From NCBI GenBank assembly GCA_964448115.1, contig CAYUVA010000020.1, positions 1-64,000 on the forward strand: a DNA stretch of 64,000 nucleotides, in the 5' to 3' direction. A program made the translations under genes and the position numbers. Below the pieces are notes generated by a model that was not told where the DNA came from, ran no database searches, and saw only the letters and a list, made by a program, of their open reading frames with translations. Origin of the DNA: an uncultured bacterium. GTDB taxonomy: Bacteria > CAYUVA01. Positions 1-11,103 of this stretch are shown in pieces (position 1 is the first letter of the stretch; each line of letters begins with the position of its first letter).

Positions 1-150
1 CTATGTATCCTCCTGGAGGTAGTTACGGAGATCCATGGTTTGATTGCATGAATAGCAGTTGCAAAAGTTCGCTCCGCTTGGTAGTATATACTATAAGATC
101 ATTTTGAGCGTATATTATTGCATGATCGGCGATGAAGAACATAACCTGAG

Positions 151-450
151 ATGAAAAAACTTGGTGAAATAAAGAGAATACTTCGAGAGAACAAAAAGCT
201 ACTTGAAGAAAAATTTAACATTAAGGAAATAGGCATATTCGGATCATATATTTCGGGCAATACCAACGAACAAAGTGATGTTGATCTTCTTGTTTCATTC
301 TTTGATGACGATAAAATTAGTCTGCTTGATTTCATAAAAATTGAGTCATATCTAAGCGACCTATTGGGCGTAAAAGTCGATTTAGTAGAAAAATCAACCC
401 TGAAACCTCGTATCGGAACTAATATACTTAAGCAGGTTGAATATCTATGA
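151..450 (+). CDS. mntA: Minimal nucleotidyltransferase (MNT) antitoxin
   Basis: 99 aa; GS-x10-DxD motif (FGSYISGNTNEQSDVD); overlaps the downstream HEPN gene (ATGA). Confidence 0.9.
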   Translation: MKKLGEIKRILRENKKLLEEKFNIKEIGIFGSYISGNTNEQSDVDLLVSFFDDDKISLLDFIKIESYLSDLLGVKVDLVEKSTLKPRIGTNILKQVEYL

Positions 451-797
451 AAAGAGATTTTTTAGACTACCTTGCGGATATTATAGAAGCAATGAAGAAT
501 GTCAATGTTTTCATTAAGGATTTAACTTATAATGATTTCATAAATGACACGAAATCTATTTATGCTGTTACAAGAGCTATAGAAATAATCGGTGAAGCAT
601 CAAAGAAAATTCCTGATAACATCAGGAGTCAGAATCCAGAAGTTCCCTGGAAAGAGATGTCTGGGATGCGGGATAAGCTGATACATGAATACTTTGGAGT
701 CAACCTTCGAAGGGTATGGCTTACAGCAACACGGGATGTCCCTACCATTCTGCCTATGATAGAAGATTTGCTAGAGGATTTAATTGATGACTCATAG
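447..797 (+). CDS. hepT: HEPN/DUF86 RNase toxin (type VII TA)
   Basis: 116 aa; R-x4-H-x-Y motif (RDKLIHEY), IIGEA and PEVPWK segments; paired with MNT. Confidence 0.9.
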   Translation: MKRDFLDYLADIIEAMKNVNVFIKDLTYNDFINDTKSIYAVTRAIEIIGEASKKIPDNIRSQNPEVPWKEMSGMRDKLIHEYFGVNLRRVWLTATRDVPTILPMIEDLLEDLIDDS

Positions 798-917
798 CTA
801 TTTTTTTCTAGCTGGGGTAGCAGGGACATCGATATCGCCGTGTGGTATCGTGCTTACGGCAGGGCGATAGGCTGGGGGAATGCTGGGGCTGGTTATCGCT
901 AGCCGATGCCCAGTGGA

Positions 918-1778
918 TTACTTCAACATGAATTTGGCTTCCTTACTGTTTGGACGCCTGGATAGAACCTCTTTCCAGATCTGCCGTGCCTTATCTTTTT
1001 CGCCCTGTTTGAATAATCTATATGCGATATCATTCTTTACCGCTCCCCAACTATCTCGGCATCTTGGGCAGCGATCCCAGAACTTGGTCCAAAGCCTTAA
1101 TGCATCCTGTGTTTTTCCCAGGTTTACATATACCCAGCCAAGTCTATAGGCAGCCTCATCATTATCGGGATCGAATTTTAAAGCCCACAAATACTCGTTT
1201 TTTGCCTCATCGAGCCTTTCCATGGTTTCATAGGCTTTTGCTATGCGTAAGTGTACCTTGGGATTTGAGAAATCTCTACCGACCACCTTCTCAAAGGCAG
1301 CTTTTGCTTGTTCATACTGGTGAAGAATGCTGTGCATAACCCCAAGTAGATAGAAGCCGTCTATGAAGTCAGGCTGTACCTCTGTCATCTGTTTGATTTC
1401 CTCGAGTGCGTCCTTAAGTTTGCCTTGTTCGATGAAAATAAGCGCACTATTTCTTCTTGCTGATATATCCTTTGGAGCCTTCTCTTTAGCTATCCTGAAG
1501 GCTTTGAGTGCTTTATCATCATCCTCAAGACGCATATAGATCTCACCAAGCAGGATGTATGTATCAGCTAATTCAGGGTCGGTCTTGATTGCCTTAGCGC
1601 AGAGCTTCTTCGCCTTCTCAAGCATTTTCAGGCGCTCCTTGCCAGATGCCTTGTCTGACTGCTGTTTCAGCCTATCAGCCTCCAACAGGTACGAGGAAGC
1701 CTTTTTTCCCCAGGCTAAGGAACCAGCTATGCAGAGTATCGATAGAATGATTACCGCTTGAATCACTTTATTTTTCAT
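918..1778 (-). CDS. Exported tetratricopeptide-repeat protein
   Basis: N-terminal signal-like hydrophobic stretch; multiple TPR-like helix pairs (e.g. ADTYILLGEIY, AAYRLGWVY). Confidence 0.85.
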   Translation of the reverse strand: MKNKVIQAVIILSILCIAGSLAWGKKASSYLLEADRLKQQSDKASGKERLKMLEKAKKLCAKAIKTDPELADTYILLGEIYMRLEDDDKALKAFRIAKEKAPKDISARRNSALIFIEQGKLKDALEEIKQMTEVQPDFIDGFYLLGVMHSILHQYEQAKAAFEKVVGRDFSNPKVHLRIAKAYETMERLDEAKNEYLWALKFDPDNDEAAYRLGWVYVNLGKTQDALRLWTKFWDRCPRCRDSWGAVKNDIAYRLFKQGEKDKARQIWKEVLSRRPNSKEAKFMLK

Positions 1779-2580
1779 CTTTCACCATCACCTTTTCCAA
1801 GCCTTTGAAGATAGCTTGTGCAGCCTGCTGTCTAAATTTACCACTAGAAAGCAGCTTTTCGTCTCTGGGATTGGATATATACCCGATCTCCAGCAACACT
1901 GCTGGCATTCGCGTCTCCCTAAGCACCAAAAAATTCGCCTTTTGTGGCTTTCGCGGTTTGATGTCCAGGTTTTTGCTCAAGCCATCAAAGAACACCCTGG
2001 CGAAATGCTCACTCATATCCCAGTAATATCTGCGTTCAAAGGTTCTAAGCAAAAGCTCAGAGGTGGTTAAATTGGGAGCGATCTTGAAAAAGTCAATATC
2101 TTTTGCCACCTCATTTTCCTTTATCGCCAGTAATTGCGCCTCGCGCTTGCCTGGATCCTCAGTAAATGAATAGGTCTCCATACCGCTTGCTCTTGGATCT
2201 GTCCATGCATTTATATGTATGCTCAAAAAAAGATCCGCATTATACCGATCAGCGATCAATACACGCTTGCTTAGATCGACAAAGTAGTCCCCTTTGCGAG
2301 TCAGGTAAACCTCAACACCCTCATCCTCTAATATTTTGGCAAGCTTCAAAGCTATATCCAGTGCTACATCCTTTTCCTTTAGACCACTTTTTCCCACAGC
2401 TCCAAAGTCATCGCCGCCATGTCCTGGATCCAGGATCACCTTCTGTATCCTGTATGTATAATCGTCCTGACCATAGGCTAGGTAAAGTAGGAAAGAAAAT
2501 AGTGCTATTGTCCAAATCATAACCATTGGGAGGTTATTCATTTGCGTTCCATCCTTCAGAGATAATAACTTGGTAAGCAT
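1768..2580 (-). CDS. N-acetylmuramoyl-L-alanine amidase (Amidase_3)
   Basis: DPGHGG, EK, SIHIN and LLEIGY zinc-amidase motifs; hydrophobic N-terminus; start may be slightly downstream. Confidence 0.92.
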   Translation of the reverse strand: MLTKLLSLKDGTQMNNLPMVMIWTIALFSFLLYLAYGQDDYTYRIQKVILDPGHGGDDFGAVGKSGLKEKDVALDIALKLAKILEDEGVEVYLTRKGDYFVDLSKRVLIADRYNADLFLSIHINAWTDPRASGMETYSFTEDPGKREAQLLAIKENEVAKDIDFFKIAPNLTTSELLLRTFERRYYWDMSEHFARVFFDGLSKNLDIKPRKPQKANFLVLRETRMPAVLLEIGYISNPRDEKLLSSGKFRQQAAQAIFKGLEKVMVKDEK

Positions 2581-2585
2581 CTTTT

Positions 2586-3917
2586 CTATCCCTTGAAGAC
2601 GGATCTTCTTTTCTTAAGGAGTAATAACAACTCCTCTTGTATTGCTTGCCTAATTATCTGGCTGAGGTCGCTTGCATGCCCCAACTCACTATTGCTAATG
2701 TCTGCTTCATCTGGTGGCATCACGACCTTCCTGAAGGAGATAGTCCACTTGGAGGGTAGGGGGACAAATGCGATCGGCGTTGGCAGTAAGATGAATGAAG
2801 GTACCACCGGCAGAAAAGGTAATCCCAGCAATCGACCTGGAAGGGTTAGGCTGGATAATATCGGATAGGTCTCCTCGCTTCCTATAACCGCTGTGGGAAC
2901 GATGCCAATTCGTTTTTCCAGTGCAAGATTAAACAGGTAATAGTCCTTGAATGCCTGTACCGTGTACCTTTTCTTGTATGATTTCTTACTTCCTTCATAT
3001 CCCTCGGGAAAGGCTATCACCGTCATCTGATCCTCTAAAACTCGCTTTGTGTTATGGTAACAGCTTAGAACCTGACCAGTACGGGAAAGATAGGTGCTGA
3101 GAAAGGGTAGCTTAAAGTACACAGGAGATACTAGAATCCTTAGATTGTCTGCATCGTATCCATTTTTTAATAGAGCCATCTTGATCATGGCACCATCCCA
3201 AGGGATTATTCCAGCGTGATTTGCCAGGAACATGACCCTGTCATCCTTTGGTATATTCTCCACGCCGATTACCTGGCAGCGAAAATAGACCGTGAACATG
3301 AAATCGAAGAATGGTTGCCACCACTTGAAGATCATGGGATCATATCCGAAACGATCGGTCCGATAATCACCTCTTGAGCGAATGTAAACCTGTTGTGTAT
3401 ATCTATATACCTCCAGCAGGATCAATCTCATTAGCTTGATCAAAGTTTTCGGCTTGAGATCCAGCTTGAAGGGAGTTAGCAGCCTGGTAAGTTCATCCCA
3501 GAAACCTTCTCGGCTCTTGTCCATCTCCTTTTTATCATCGCTTTGTGCTAGCTCGCTATTCGTCCTTTCCTCGATCCTCTGATCAATCGTGTCAGCTACT
3601 TCAGCGGGCATCTCGGTTTGTTCGTCGGTGGTGCTGCTGCCGCGAGACTGCAACTCCCGAAGCTCGGAAAGCATAGCATCCACATCCCTATCACTTAGAA
3701 TTGTCTTAGTATCGTCCAACTTACCCTCAGGCTGTATGACTTTGGTCGATCTTTTTTGAGCTTTCTTTTTCGCAATCGTGTCCTTTCCGCTTACTTTCGG
3801 CTCATCAGGGGGAGTGATTACCAGGTCTTCAGGGGGGATTCTTATCTTAAAGGAAGCTGCCTTTTTCTTCTTGCTGAAGGGGTCTGTACCCAGTACATCA
3901 TCGTCTGACTTAGACAA
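2586..3917 (-). CDS. PlsC-like lysophospholipid acyltransferase with long charged N-terminal extension
   Basis: NHAG-x-x-PWD and FPEG motifs in the C-terminal domain; first ~140 aa are low-complexity and charged. Confidence 0.85.
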   Translation of the reverse strand: MSKSDDDVLGTDPFSKKKKAASFKIRIPPEDLVITPPDEPKVSGKDTIAKKKAQKRSTKVIQPEGKLDDTKTILSDRDVDAMLSELRELQSRGSSTTDEQTEMPAEVADTIDQRIEERTNSELAQSDDKKEMDKSREGFWDELTRLLTPFKLDLKPKTLIKLMRLILLEVYRYTQQVYIRSRGDYRTDRFGYDPMIFKWWQPFFDFMFTVYFRCQVIGVENIPKDDRVMFLANHAGIIPWDGAMIKMALLKNGYDADNLRILVSPVYFKLPFLSTYLSRTGQVLSCYHNTKRVLEDQMTVIAFPEGYEGSKKSYKKRYTVQAFKDYYLFNLALEKRIGIVPTAVIGSEETYPILSSLTLPGRLLGLPFLPVVPSFILLPTPIAFVPLPSKWTISFRKVVMPPDEADISNSELGHASDLSQIIRQAIQEELLLLLKKRRSVFKG

Positions 3918-4674
3918 TCGCCAACACCTCCCTTGCCAGATGGCGCATCATCTTGGCGCCAGAAGATCGAGGTGCATAATGGAAGACAGCTTTACCGTGA
4001 CTCTGTGCCTCGTCCAGTTTGACATTGAACCTTATCACCGTCTTTGCCAGCTTTTCCTTGAAGTGCGCCTTGAGCTTTCTAAGTACCGCATCGGCAAGCT
4101 TGGTCGGACGATAGAATGTCGCTGCCACCAGAGATAGGCGTGGTTTTGATCGACCAAATTCCCCTCGAACCTGTTTGATGGTAAGCTCCACCTCGGCAGA
4201 GCCATCCATTGCCAGATAGGTTAAAGGCACTGGAACGATAACATCATCGGCGGCGTTTAGAATGTTCAAAGTAAGCAATCCAAGCGATGGCGGGGCATCT
4301 ATTATCACATAATCGAAGCCATGTATCTTTTGTAAAAGCTGTAGCAGTAAAAAGTACTTAACCTCATCGGCAGCTATGACTTCGGGCAGGCGACTCAAGT
4401 CCTTGCCGGCTGGAATGATGCTCAGGTTGTCAATATAGGTCGGTGTCAATCTATCACCAGGGTTTTCAGATCGAGCAAGTAGCATGTCCATCATGGTCAG
4501 TTTTGCATCTTCAGCAGTTATCCCCAATGATTTACCTGCCTGACCTTGAGGGTCCATGTCGCAAAGCAGTACCTTGAATTTTGCGTCCTCTGCAAAATAG
4601 GCGGCTAGATTTACGGCGATAGTTGTTTTGCCCGCTCCCCCCTTCTCGTTTACTATGGCGATGATCTTAGTCAA
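3910..4674 (-). CDS. ParA/Soj-family ATPase (orphan, no adjacent parB)
   Basis: Deviant Walker [18 protein letters not shown] and C-terminal [11 protein letters not shown]. Confidence 0.92.
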   Translation of the reverse strand: MTKIIAIVNEKGGAGKTTIAVNLAAYFAEDAKFKVLLCDMDPQGQAGKSLGITAEDAKLTMMDMLLARSENPGDRLTPTYIDNLSIIPAGKDLSRLPEVIAADEVKYFLLLQLLQKIHGFDYVIIDAPPSLGLLTLNILNAADDVIVPVPLTYLAMDGSAEVELTIKQVRGEFGRSKPRLSLVAATFYRPTKLADAVLRKLKAHFKEKLAKTVIRFNVKLDEAQSHGKAVFHYAPRSSGAKMMRHLAREVLAIV

Positions 4675-4679
4675 TGATC

Positions 4680-5771
4680 TTATGCTCCCCAGAAACCCTC
4701 TTCGTCATCCTCATCGAGGTCGCCGGTTTTCTCCTTCATTGCCGACTGGATGCGCTCCTCGATATATTTATAGATAGGCTCCTGCGTGGAGACATCGGGG
4801 ACAATCAGTTCCTCGTCTTTTTTCTCAATATATCTAGAAACCCGGGAGTTTTCTACGAAGTCAGCAAGTGCCTCCTCGGAGCTGAATCTCGCCTGGAACT
4901 TGAGTACTTCCTTAGCCTTTGTGGGATCAGCACAACAGACATACTTAAGATAATTCATAAATGCGCCGGGGAAATCAGATATTCTAAGCATCCACAGGGT
5001 ATCCAATACCATATTGCTCAAGGGACTGGGGATGGGGATCGCTACCTGCCCATTCATTCGGATAGCCTTGGATAAAGGAACAGCGCCATCCCCGACGATG
5101 TTGAAGGCGCCTGAATGATCTGATTCCACAGCCAGCATAAGAGCTTCGATCATATCCTGCTCATGAAGAAACTGCATCATGGGGTCGAAGCCAAGGTTGG
5201 TTATTATATAGGGACGACGAAACATGTTTACAAAGTAAGAATTATAGTTGACTCCCAGCACAGGTGCATGTCTCAGGATGGTAACCGTTATCTGTGGATT
5301 CTTTGCCTTGAATTGCCTGGCAAGCTTTTCAACCTCGACCTTATCAGCCATGAAGGGAAAGCCTCTCGGCGCTTTCAAGGGGAAATCCTCGGGGATGAAG
5401 TTCGGATTGGTAGCTGATGCTCCATAGACGAATGTCGGAGAGGGTATTATTATCTTCTTCACATTGCCAGCCTGGCAGGCGCTGAACATCCTTATGGTGC
5501 CGATGACATCGACCTCGTGAGCATAAGAGGCGTTATGCCTTGGATTTTTCATGCGAGCGAGGTGGACCATACAATCGATCTTATTTTCCTTTATAATCTC
5601 TGGAATGCGTGGATGCCGGATATCAGCCTTGATAAACTCGACTTTCTTGAAGCTGACAGTCGGCTCGGCAACATCGATAGCCAACACCTTGCGGAAGCGA
5701 CTATCGCCATCGAGCAGCTCCACCAAGTGTTTGCCAACCTCTCCAGCGGCACCTGTAACCACGATATTCAT
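4680..5771 (-). CDS. NAD-dependent epimerase/dehydratase (extended SDR)
   Basis: TGAAGEVG Rossmann motif, VHLA, QFLHEQD, FNIVG; acidic C-terminal tail. Confidence 0.88.
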   Translation of the reverse strand: MNIVVTGAAGEVGKHLVELLDGDSRFRKVLAIDVAEPTVSFKKVEFIKADIRHPRIPEIIKENKIDCMVHLARMKNPRHNASYAHEVDVIGTIRMFSACQAGNVKKIIIPSPTFVYGASATNPNFIPEDFPLKAPRGFPFMADKVEVEKLARQFKAKNPQITVTILRHAPVLGVNYNSYFVNMFRRPYIITNLGFDPMMQFLHEQDMIEALMLAVESDHSGAFNIVGDGAVPLSKAIRMNGQVAIPIPSPLSNMVLDTLWMLRISDFPGAFMNYLKYVCCADPTKAKEVLKFQARFSSEEALADFVENSRVSRYIEKKDEELIVPDVSTQEPIYKYIEERIQSAMKEKTGDLDEDDEEGFWGA

Positions 5772-5928
5772 TACAATATACTTGTGTCCTCAAGGGTGGT
5801 TGAGCATAAGCCTAAACGCCTTAACATCCCGTGCTTTTTACAAGCATATCCTTGTTGTTAACATTAACAGGAAAAGCTGACTTATTCAACAGCTTCCCTG
5901 TCAAGAGAAGTAATATCCTGATCTCTAA

Positions 5929-7059
5929 TTAGATTAGCAGGTGTTCACCATCTTTTATGATTATCTTTTCATCGCCATTTTGATATGTAGCCTTGAGAGT
6001 TGGCTTAAAGACGATATAATCCTCGTGGAAAGACACCTTTACCGGACCTCCGAAGGAACTATTGTCGCCGAATGCTATATGAATTGTGCCCAAGATCTTC
6101 TCGGTTTCCAGGATATTGTCCGCACGCGATGCCTTTTCGTTTGTGCCAATGCCAAGCTCGGCAACATTCTGTGCCTGGGGCATCTTTTTAAACATGTCCC
6201 TTAGCCGATCAACAGTGGGACCGCTCCCCTCAATCTTTGTACAGTAGCCATCCTCAACATGAAATGTAACCGGCTCGGTGAACTTGCAGGTCGGACCGTA
6301 CTCGGCGACCAGCTTCCCTTGTGCGGTACCATGCTTCGGTGCGGTGAAGCTCTCGCCGGCGGGAAGATTACCAAAATCCCCCGGCTCATGGAATAATCCA
6401 GTATCCGCCTCCCAGAGATCCTCCTCGATCTCCATGGTCAGATGAGTGCCGTTGGGGGCTGATATGGTAATGAGCGATGTTCCTTTGAGCGCTTGTATCA
6501 GCTTCAGGCATCTTTCCTTCACCTTGTTCCAGTCAGCAAGCATCGGTCCCTGCATCATCGCCGGATCGAACAAGGGCATGCTTGCATAGCGTACTCCCCC
6601 GAACTCGGTGAGCAGATACCGGAAGCTGGTATGGGTAGTCGAATAGTTTGCCAGGGCAATAACGATATTAGGGATCTGTTCTCCATACCTTGAGATCGTA
6701 TCCTTCAGGATGTTAAGCTGCTGACGCTGTATCCTCTTTTCGAGCAGTGCATCGAAGTCTATAACCTTGGAGAACTCTTCTATCGCAGCCTCTGAGAACG
6801 CAGCCTTCCAGGCATCCAGGGGTGGCTCTGCGCCTCCGCAGCCGGTTGCGGGGTAAATTACCAGCTTCACCGCAGCGAAGCTATTGCAGTGATCGGCTAG
6901 CTTCTCGGTAAGTTCAAGAACTTCCTGGCGACGCCGTCTGTCTGCATCGTTCAACTGCTCGCCGGGTTGAATTCGATCCGCTAAAAAGAGGATTCGTTCA
7001 CCGGTTTTATACCCCATGTTGGTAAAGAGGATGCTTTCGGCTATGGTAGCTATATCCAT
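5929..7059 (-). CDS. Aminopeptidase, M29/leucyl aminopeptidase-like
   Basis: GNLPAGE, AELGIGTN, EKILGTIHIAFGDN and H-x-D metal-binding motifs. Confidence 0.85.
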   Translation of the reverse strand: MDIATIAESILFTNMGYKTGERILFLADRIQPGEQLNDADRRRRQEVLELTEKLADHCNSFAAVKLVIYPATGCGGAEPPLDAWKAAFSEAAIEEFSKVIDFDALLEKRIQRQQLNILKDTISRYGEQIPNIVIALANYSTTHTSFRYLLTEFGGVRYASMPLFDPAMMQGPMLADWNKVKERCLKLIQALKGTSLITISAPNGTHLTMEIEEDLWEADTGLFHEPGDFGNLPAGESFTAPKHGTAQGKLVAEYGPTCKFTEPVTFHVEDGYCTKIEGSGPTVDRLRDMFKKMPQAQNVAELGIGTNEKASRADNILETEKILGTIHIAFGDNSSFGGPVKVSFHEDYIVFKPTLKATYQNGDEKIIIKDGEHLLI

Positions 7060-7719
7060 CTATCTAATCTCCTTTTTATTTTTGCCGAATCGCCAGGTCG
7101 CGCTTAGCTCGCCTAACGGTCCGGTTATGAGCAACTTAATCTGATCGGTTTGTTCATCGATATGCCTCTTTCCATTGGTCTTATCGATTGCATCAAAGGT
7201 TACCCGGTAAATATCCCTCCAGGCGGTAAAGAATGGGAAATACCTATCCTTAAAGGCTTTGGGCATTTTATACTTTACGATTTTTCTAGCCGGTAATCTC
7301 ATTGAATCATCTATCAACAGGTAAATTTTCCATTCACAATTTGGCTCATCAAGCTCGCCCCATTCTTCCATCCCCGGGTAAAAGCCGACCAGAAAACTCT
7401 CCTTTTCCTTGAATTTCTCTTCGGCTACTGCTCTGCGAGCCTTCATTTGTTCAACTTCCAGCTTATAATAACCAGCCTCCTCCACGAGCAAAGCCCCTGT
7501 GTATTCCCAGCTCTCATACACGATATCCATCCTTAGTTCATAGATCCCATAGATCATGCTCGCTGAACGACGATACTTTTGGATAGCTTCCCTCAGTGTC
7601 ATCGGTTGCCTCAAAGCTGCACCAGGCTCGGAATATTGAATGAAATGGTTTGATGCGCATGACATTACTAGGCAGAATACTCCCGTGATAATAAGCATTA
7701 TATGTATTCTTTCTCTCAT
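7060..7719 (-). CDS. Hypothetical lipoprotein
   Basis: Hydrophobic N-terminus ending in lipobox-like VMSC; coupled to lolA and the peptidase. Confidence 0.65.
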   Translation of the reverse strand: MRERIHIMLIITGVFCLVMSCASNHFIQYSEPGAALRQPMTLREAIQKYRRSASMIYGIYELRMDIVYESWEYTGALLVEEAGYYKLEVEQMKARRAVAEEKFKEKESFLVGFYPGMEEWGELDEPNCEWKIYLLIDDSMRLPARKIVKYKMPKAFKDRYFPFFTAWRDIYRVTFDAIDKTNGKRHIDEQTDQIKLLITGPLGELSATWRFGKNKKEIR

Positions 7720-8441
7720 CTTATCTCCTTGGGGTTGATCCTCTCACCATTGAAATCGTAAATGGTTGCGTTGTCTGGTGGTTTGAACTTAAACATATCC
7801 TGCTTAGCATTTTTCATATCATAAGTTTCCATGTTATCAATATAAATTGTGGTCTTCGCTTCCATCGCATCTTCGATGACAAAGCCCTCAAGGCGAATAT
7901 GGGGAATATTGAAATTTAGTTGCAATGCACTCAGGTTAGGATACCTGGTTTTAGGCTCAAGGATAATCCTGAACAGGGTTTGGTTATTATCGTATCTGCT
8001 CTCTTTTATATCAAATTTCCCGGTTACCTGCTCATAGCCCTGGGACAAGGCTGTTATTAGGTCAGGAAAGTGTGAGTCCTGCACTGGTTCGGTGAAGACT
8101 TGCCTGTCCTTTGGGATGTACATCCATATCCGCTTTCCATCGCAGATTACAAGCTGCTTCTTAGGCTCGGTGTACTCCCATCGCAACAGTAGTGGAGCGC
8201 TGATATACAACTTACCCTTACTTATCTCCACCTCGCCGATCATCGGATTTATTGATTCCTGCCTGAAGTTGCTCTTATGACTGCCTAGCTGCCTTAGGTA
8301 GCCAAGACACTTCCTTATTATCTCCTCATCGTTCTTTGGATTAGCCATGGGTGTATATGTTTCAGATAGGGCGTGTAATGGAACCAGTGGCAACAAATTT
8401 GCAATAGTAACTATGAAGATATGTAAAAGTAATTTACTCAT
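7716..8441 (-). CDS. lolA: Outer-membrane lipoprotein carrier LolA
   Basis: Signal peptide; FRQE, LRWEY-x-EP, DGKRIWMY and FKFKPP LolA signatures. Confidence 0.82.
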   Translation of the reverse strand: MSKLLLHIFIVTIANLLPLVPLHALSETYTPMANPKNDEEIIRKCLGYLRQLGSHKSNFRQESINPMIGEVEISKGKLYISAPLLLRWEYTEPKKQLVICDGKRIWMYIPKDRQVFTEPVQDSHFPDLITALSQGYEQVTGKFDIKESRYDNNQTLFRIILEPKTRYPNLSALQLNFNIPHIRLEGFVIEDAMEAKTTIYIDNMETYDMKNAKQDMFKFKPPDNATIYDFNGERINPKEIR

Positions 8442-8545
8442 TTTCAGTTTTTTCAGTTTCAGAAGCTAACACGAGATCAGTTTATAGTCAATTTTTTTAC
8501 CGGAGCGCCTGCTATATAAGCTGCCAGGCAAAGCGATGGACACCC

Positions 8546-10840
8546 TTAAGAAAGCACATTGATATCTTTGATCTTCTTTTTTCCAAAAGGCTTGACTAGA
8601 AGCAGGATCGCTGGAAGCAGCACCATAGAGGCGATCAACCCGAAGAGCAGAGTCATCCCGGTGAGTAATCCGAAGTAAATGGTTGGTCTGAATGATGCAA
8701 AGATGAGCACGCAGAATCCCAGGACCAAGATGGTTGATGTAAAGAAAATAGCCCTACCGACCGATGAGCTTGTTCGAGGGATGGATGCCTTATAGTCCTT
8801 GTTCACCACCAACTCGCGATTGTATCTCACCATGTAATGTATTGTATTATCGACCGTAATTCCGATTGCCACGGCTGCGATCATTACGGTTGCTACATCG
8901 AGTGGCACATGAGTCAGCCCCATAATGGCTAGTGTCATTGCAATGGGAAGCACATTGGGAATCATTGCTATAGCGCCTAGCTTAATGGATCTGAATAGCA
9001 CGGAAAGCAAGATGAAGATGATACCGAATGCTATAAGAAAGGAGCGAATTTGGCTTTGGATTATCATCTGATCGAGCTGCACGAACATCTTTGAGGTACC
9101 GGTCAACTGGGCGGACCTGTATTCTTTGAAGTTTTCATCGATATATTGCTGAATCTTATGGATGTTTTCGGTTGCCATCTTGGAGCCGATCGTCTTTGCC
9201 CATGCGGTAATTCTGACCGTCGAGTAATCAGAGCTGATGTACCTGAATAGCTCCTCTCCACCGGAAAGCTCATACAAGAAAAGGTACTGTGCGACCTCGC
9301 TCCTGGTGTCCGGTATGCGATAGTGCCGGGGATCGTCTGCATGAAGGCTTTGGTTGATCAGCTTCAGGTAATCGAGTATAGAATAAACCTTACTGGTATT
9401 GGAGAAGGTATATATATACTCAGTTAAGCCCTCCACTTTTCGCAAAAATTCAGGATCTTTGGCGAAATCAGGCTCATCTTCGATGATAATCTCCAGGTTG
9501 ACTACTCCGCTAATGTTTTCTTCCAAGAAGTTATATGCATTCCTTATGGGATGCCCTTTTTTAAAAAATTCGAGCACGAATGTATGAGCCTGCAGCCTTG
9601 AGATCCCGAATCCTGCAACTATAGCCAATAATATCGATATTACGACGATCTTTCTGGGATTTCGTTTACAAAAATTGCCAGAGGCTGTTAAAATCCTGGT
9701 CAGTAGTCCCCTATCTACTCTTTTTATAAATCCAGTTTCCGGTGCTTTTAAGAGATAAAGAAATATCGGCAACAACACTATAGTGAAAATAAATGCCATC
9801 ATAACCCCAAAGGCTGCCAGCAATCCCATGGTCCTGATCGGCACGATATGACTGCTGATAAAAGAGCTGAAACCTATACCAGTAGTCAGGCTTGTAAAGA
9901 GACAGGGCAAGAACATCGCCTTTATTGACAGTATAATGGCATCATACTTTTTTGCCCCGCCAGCAAGCTCCTCAAAATAATGGGTGATTATATGTACCGA
10001 GTCGGCAATGCCGATGACCACCATGATAGCCGGCAGGATGCTTATGACGATGTTAAATGGTAGATCTAAAATTGCAAACAATCCCATTGTGTAAACATTT
10101 GCAAGTAAAATGACGGTGAAGGGAAGTACCACAGTAGTGATGCGCCTATAAACAAAAATGAGAATTAAAAAAACTACAAAAAACTGTAGTGGAAGGAATA
10201 TCAAGGTATCCTTAGTGGATGAACGATCAAAGAGAACATCCAGGGCAATACCTCCGCCCAGATGCAGCTTATATTTATGACTATGCTCCTGGATCACCTC
10301 CCAGGCTGCATCATATAACACCTTCATCTGATCGACATTCAGCTTAGGGACTCGAAGGACTATCATGGTTGTCTTGCCATCCTGGGATATGAGGTTGCCC
10401 ACATATAGTTGCCTTGATAAGGCTATCTGACGGATCTTCGATAGCTCTGATGCTTCAGTAGGTATATCAGCTATTAAAGGCTCTATGCTAATTCCCTCAG
10501 CGGTTCCAATAATATTTTCCACATTGGTCAGGCTGATAACCTCCAGGACATGGGGAAGTTTTTCTAATTCCTTGGTCAGCTTCTGAATGAAACTTAACGC
10601 CTGAAAAGTAAAGATATTCTCTGCTTTGAAGGCGACTACAAGCGTCTGGTCCCCCTCGAATTCATCAAGAAACCTCTTATACAATAGAAGCTGCGGGTCA
10701 TCTGGCTCAAACCATACCTCCAAGGTATTATCGACCCTTATATTGGTGATAAGATAGATCAATGGAAGCGAGGTAATAAATATGAAAGCAAGCAAAACAT
10801 AGCGATGTCTTAGTAACCAATGACTAAACCTGTCTAACAT
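8546..10840 (-). CDS. MMPL/RND-family lipid exporter
   Basis: Two repeats of TM + periplasmic loop + TM bundle; GIADSVH and GITVDNTIH motifs; start placed at the ATG with an AAGGA RBS (ORF track starts at 10888). Confidence 0.9.
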   Translation of the reverse strand: MLDRFSHWLLRHRYVLLAFIFITSLPLIYLITNIRVDNTLEVWFEPDDPQLLLYKRFLDEFEGDQTLVVAFKAENIFTFQALSFIQKLTKELEKLPHVLEVISLTNVENIIGTAEGISIEPLIADIPTEASELSKIRQIALSRQLYVGNLISQDGKTTMIVLRVPKLNVDQMKVLYDAAWEVIQEHSHKYKLHLGGGIALDVLFDRSSTKDTLIFLPLQFFVVFLILIFVYRRITTVVLPFTVILLANVYTMGLFAILDLPFNIVISILPAIMVVIGIADSVHIITHYFEELAGGAKKYDAIILSIKAMFLPCLFTSLTTGIGFSSFISSHIVPIRTMGLLAAFGVMMAFIFTIVLLPIFLYLLKAPETGFIKRVDRGLLTRILTASGNFCKRNPRKIVVISILLAIVAGFGISRLQAHTFVLEFFKKGHPIRNAYNFLEENISGVVNLEIIIEDEPDFAKDPEFLRKVEGLTEYIYTFSNTSKVYSILDYLKLINQSLHADDPRHYRIPDTRSEVAQYLFLYELSGGEELFRYISSDYSTVRITAWAKTIGSKMATENIHKIQQYIDENFKEYRSAQLTGTSKMFVQLDQMIIQSQIRSFLIAFGIIFILLSVLFRSIKLGAIAMIPNVLPIAMTLAIMGLTHVPLDVATVMIAAVAIGITVDNTIHYMVRYNRELVVNKDYKASIPRTSSSVGRAIFFTSTILVLGFCVLIFASFRPTIYFGLLTGMTLLFGLIASMVLLPAILLLVKPFGKKKIKDINVLS

Positions 10841-11103
10841 CGCTTTCCTTGTGCCCTTAACAAAAGATCTTGACGCTGCATTCTGCAATCACACATATTG
10901 TTCCTCTGCATCGGTGAATTATCACAAGCAATCATTCTAACTCTACCTGATATTAAAGACAAGTTAAAATGAAAATTGTGCTTGTAATTCTCGAGCATAT
11001 TGCCTACAATGAAAGCTAACATAACAGGCAGGCTGTCGTAATGATGGTCGGCACTATTGAAGCGAGACATTGTTCAAACGCCAAGACTAAAGGGGGAACA
11101 AAA

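Noticed and set aside
798-917. GC-rich stems between convergent hepT and TPR genes as an ncRNA
   Set aside because: Short stems (TATCGCC/GGCGATA, GCCGT/ACGGC) fit a terminator-like region or chance; no family motif.
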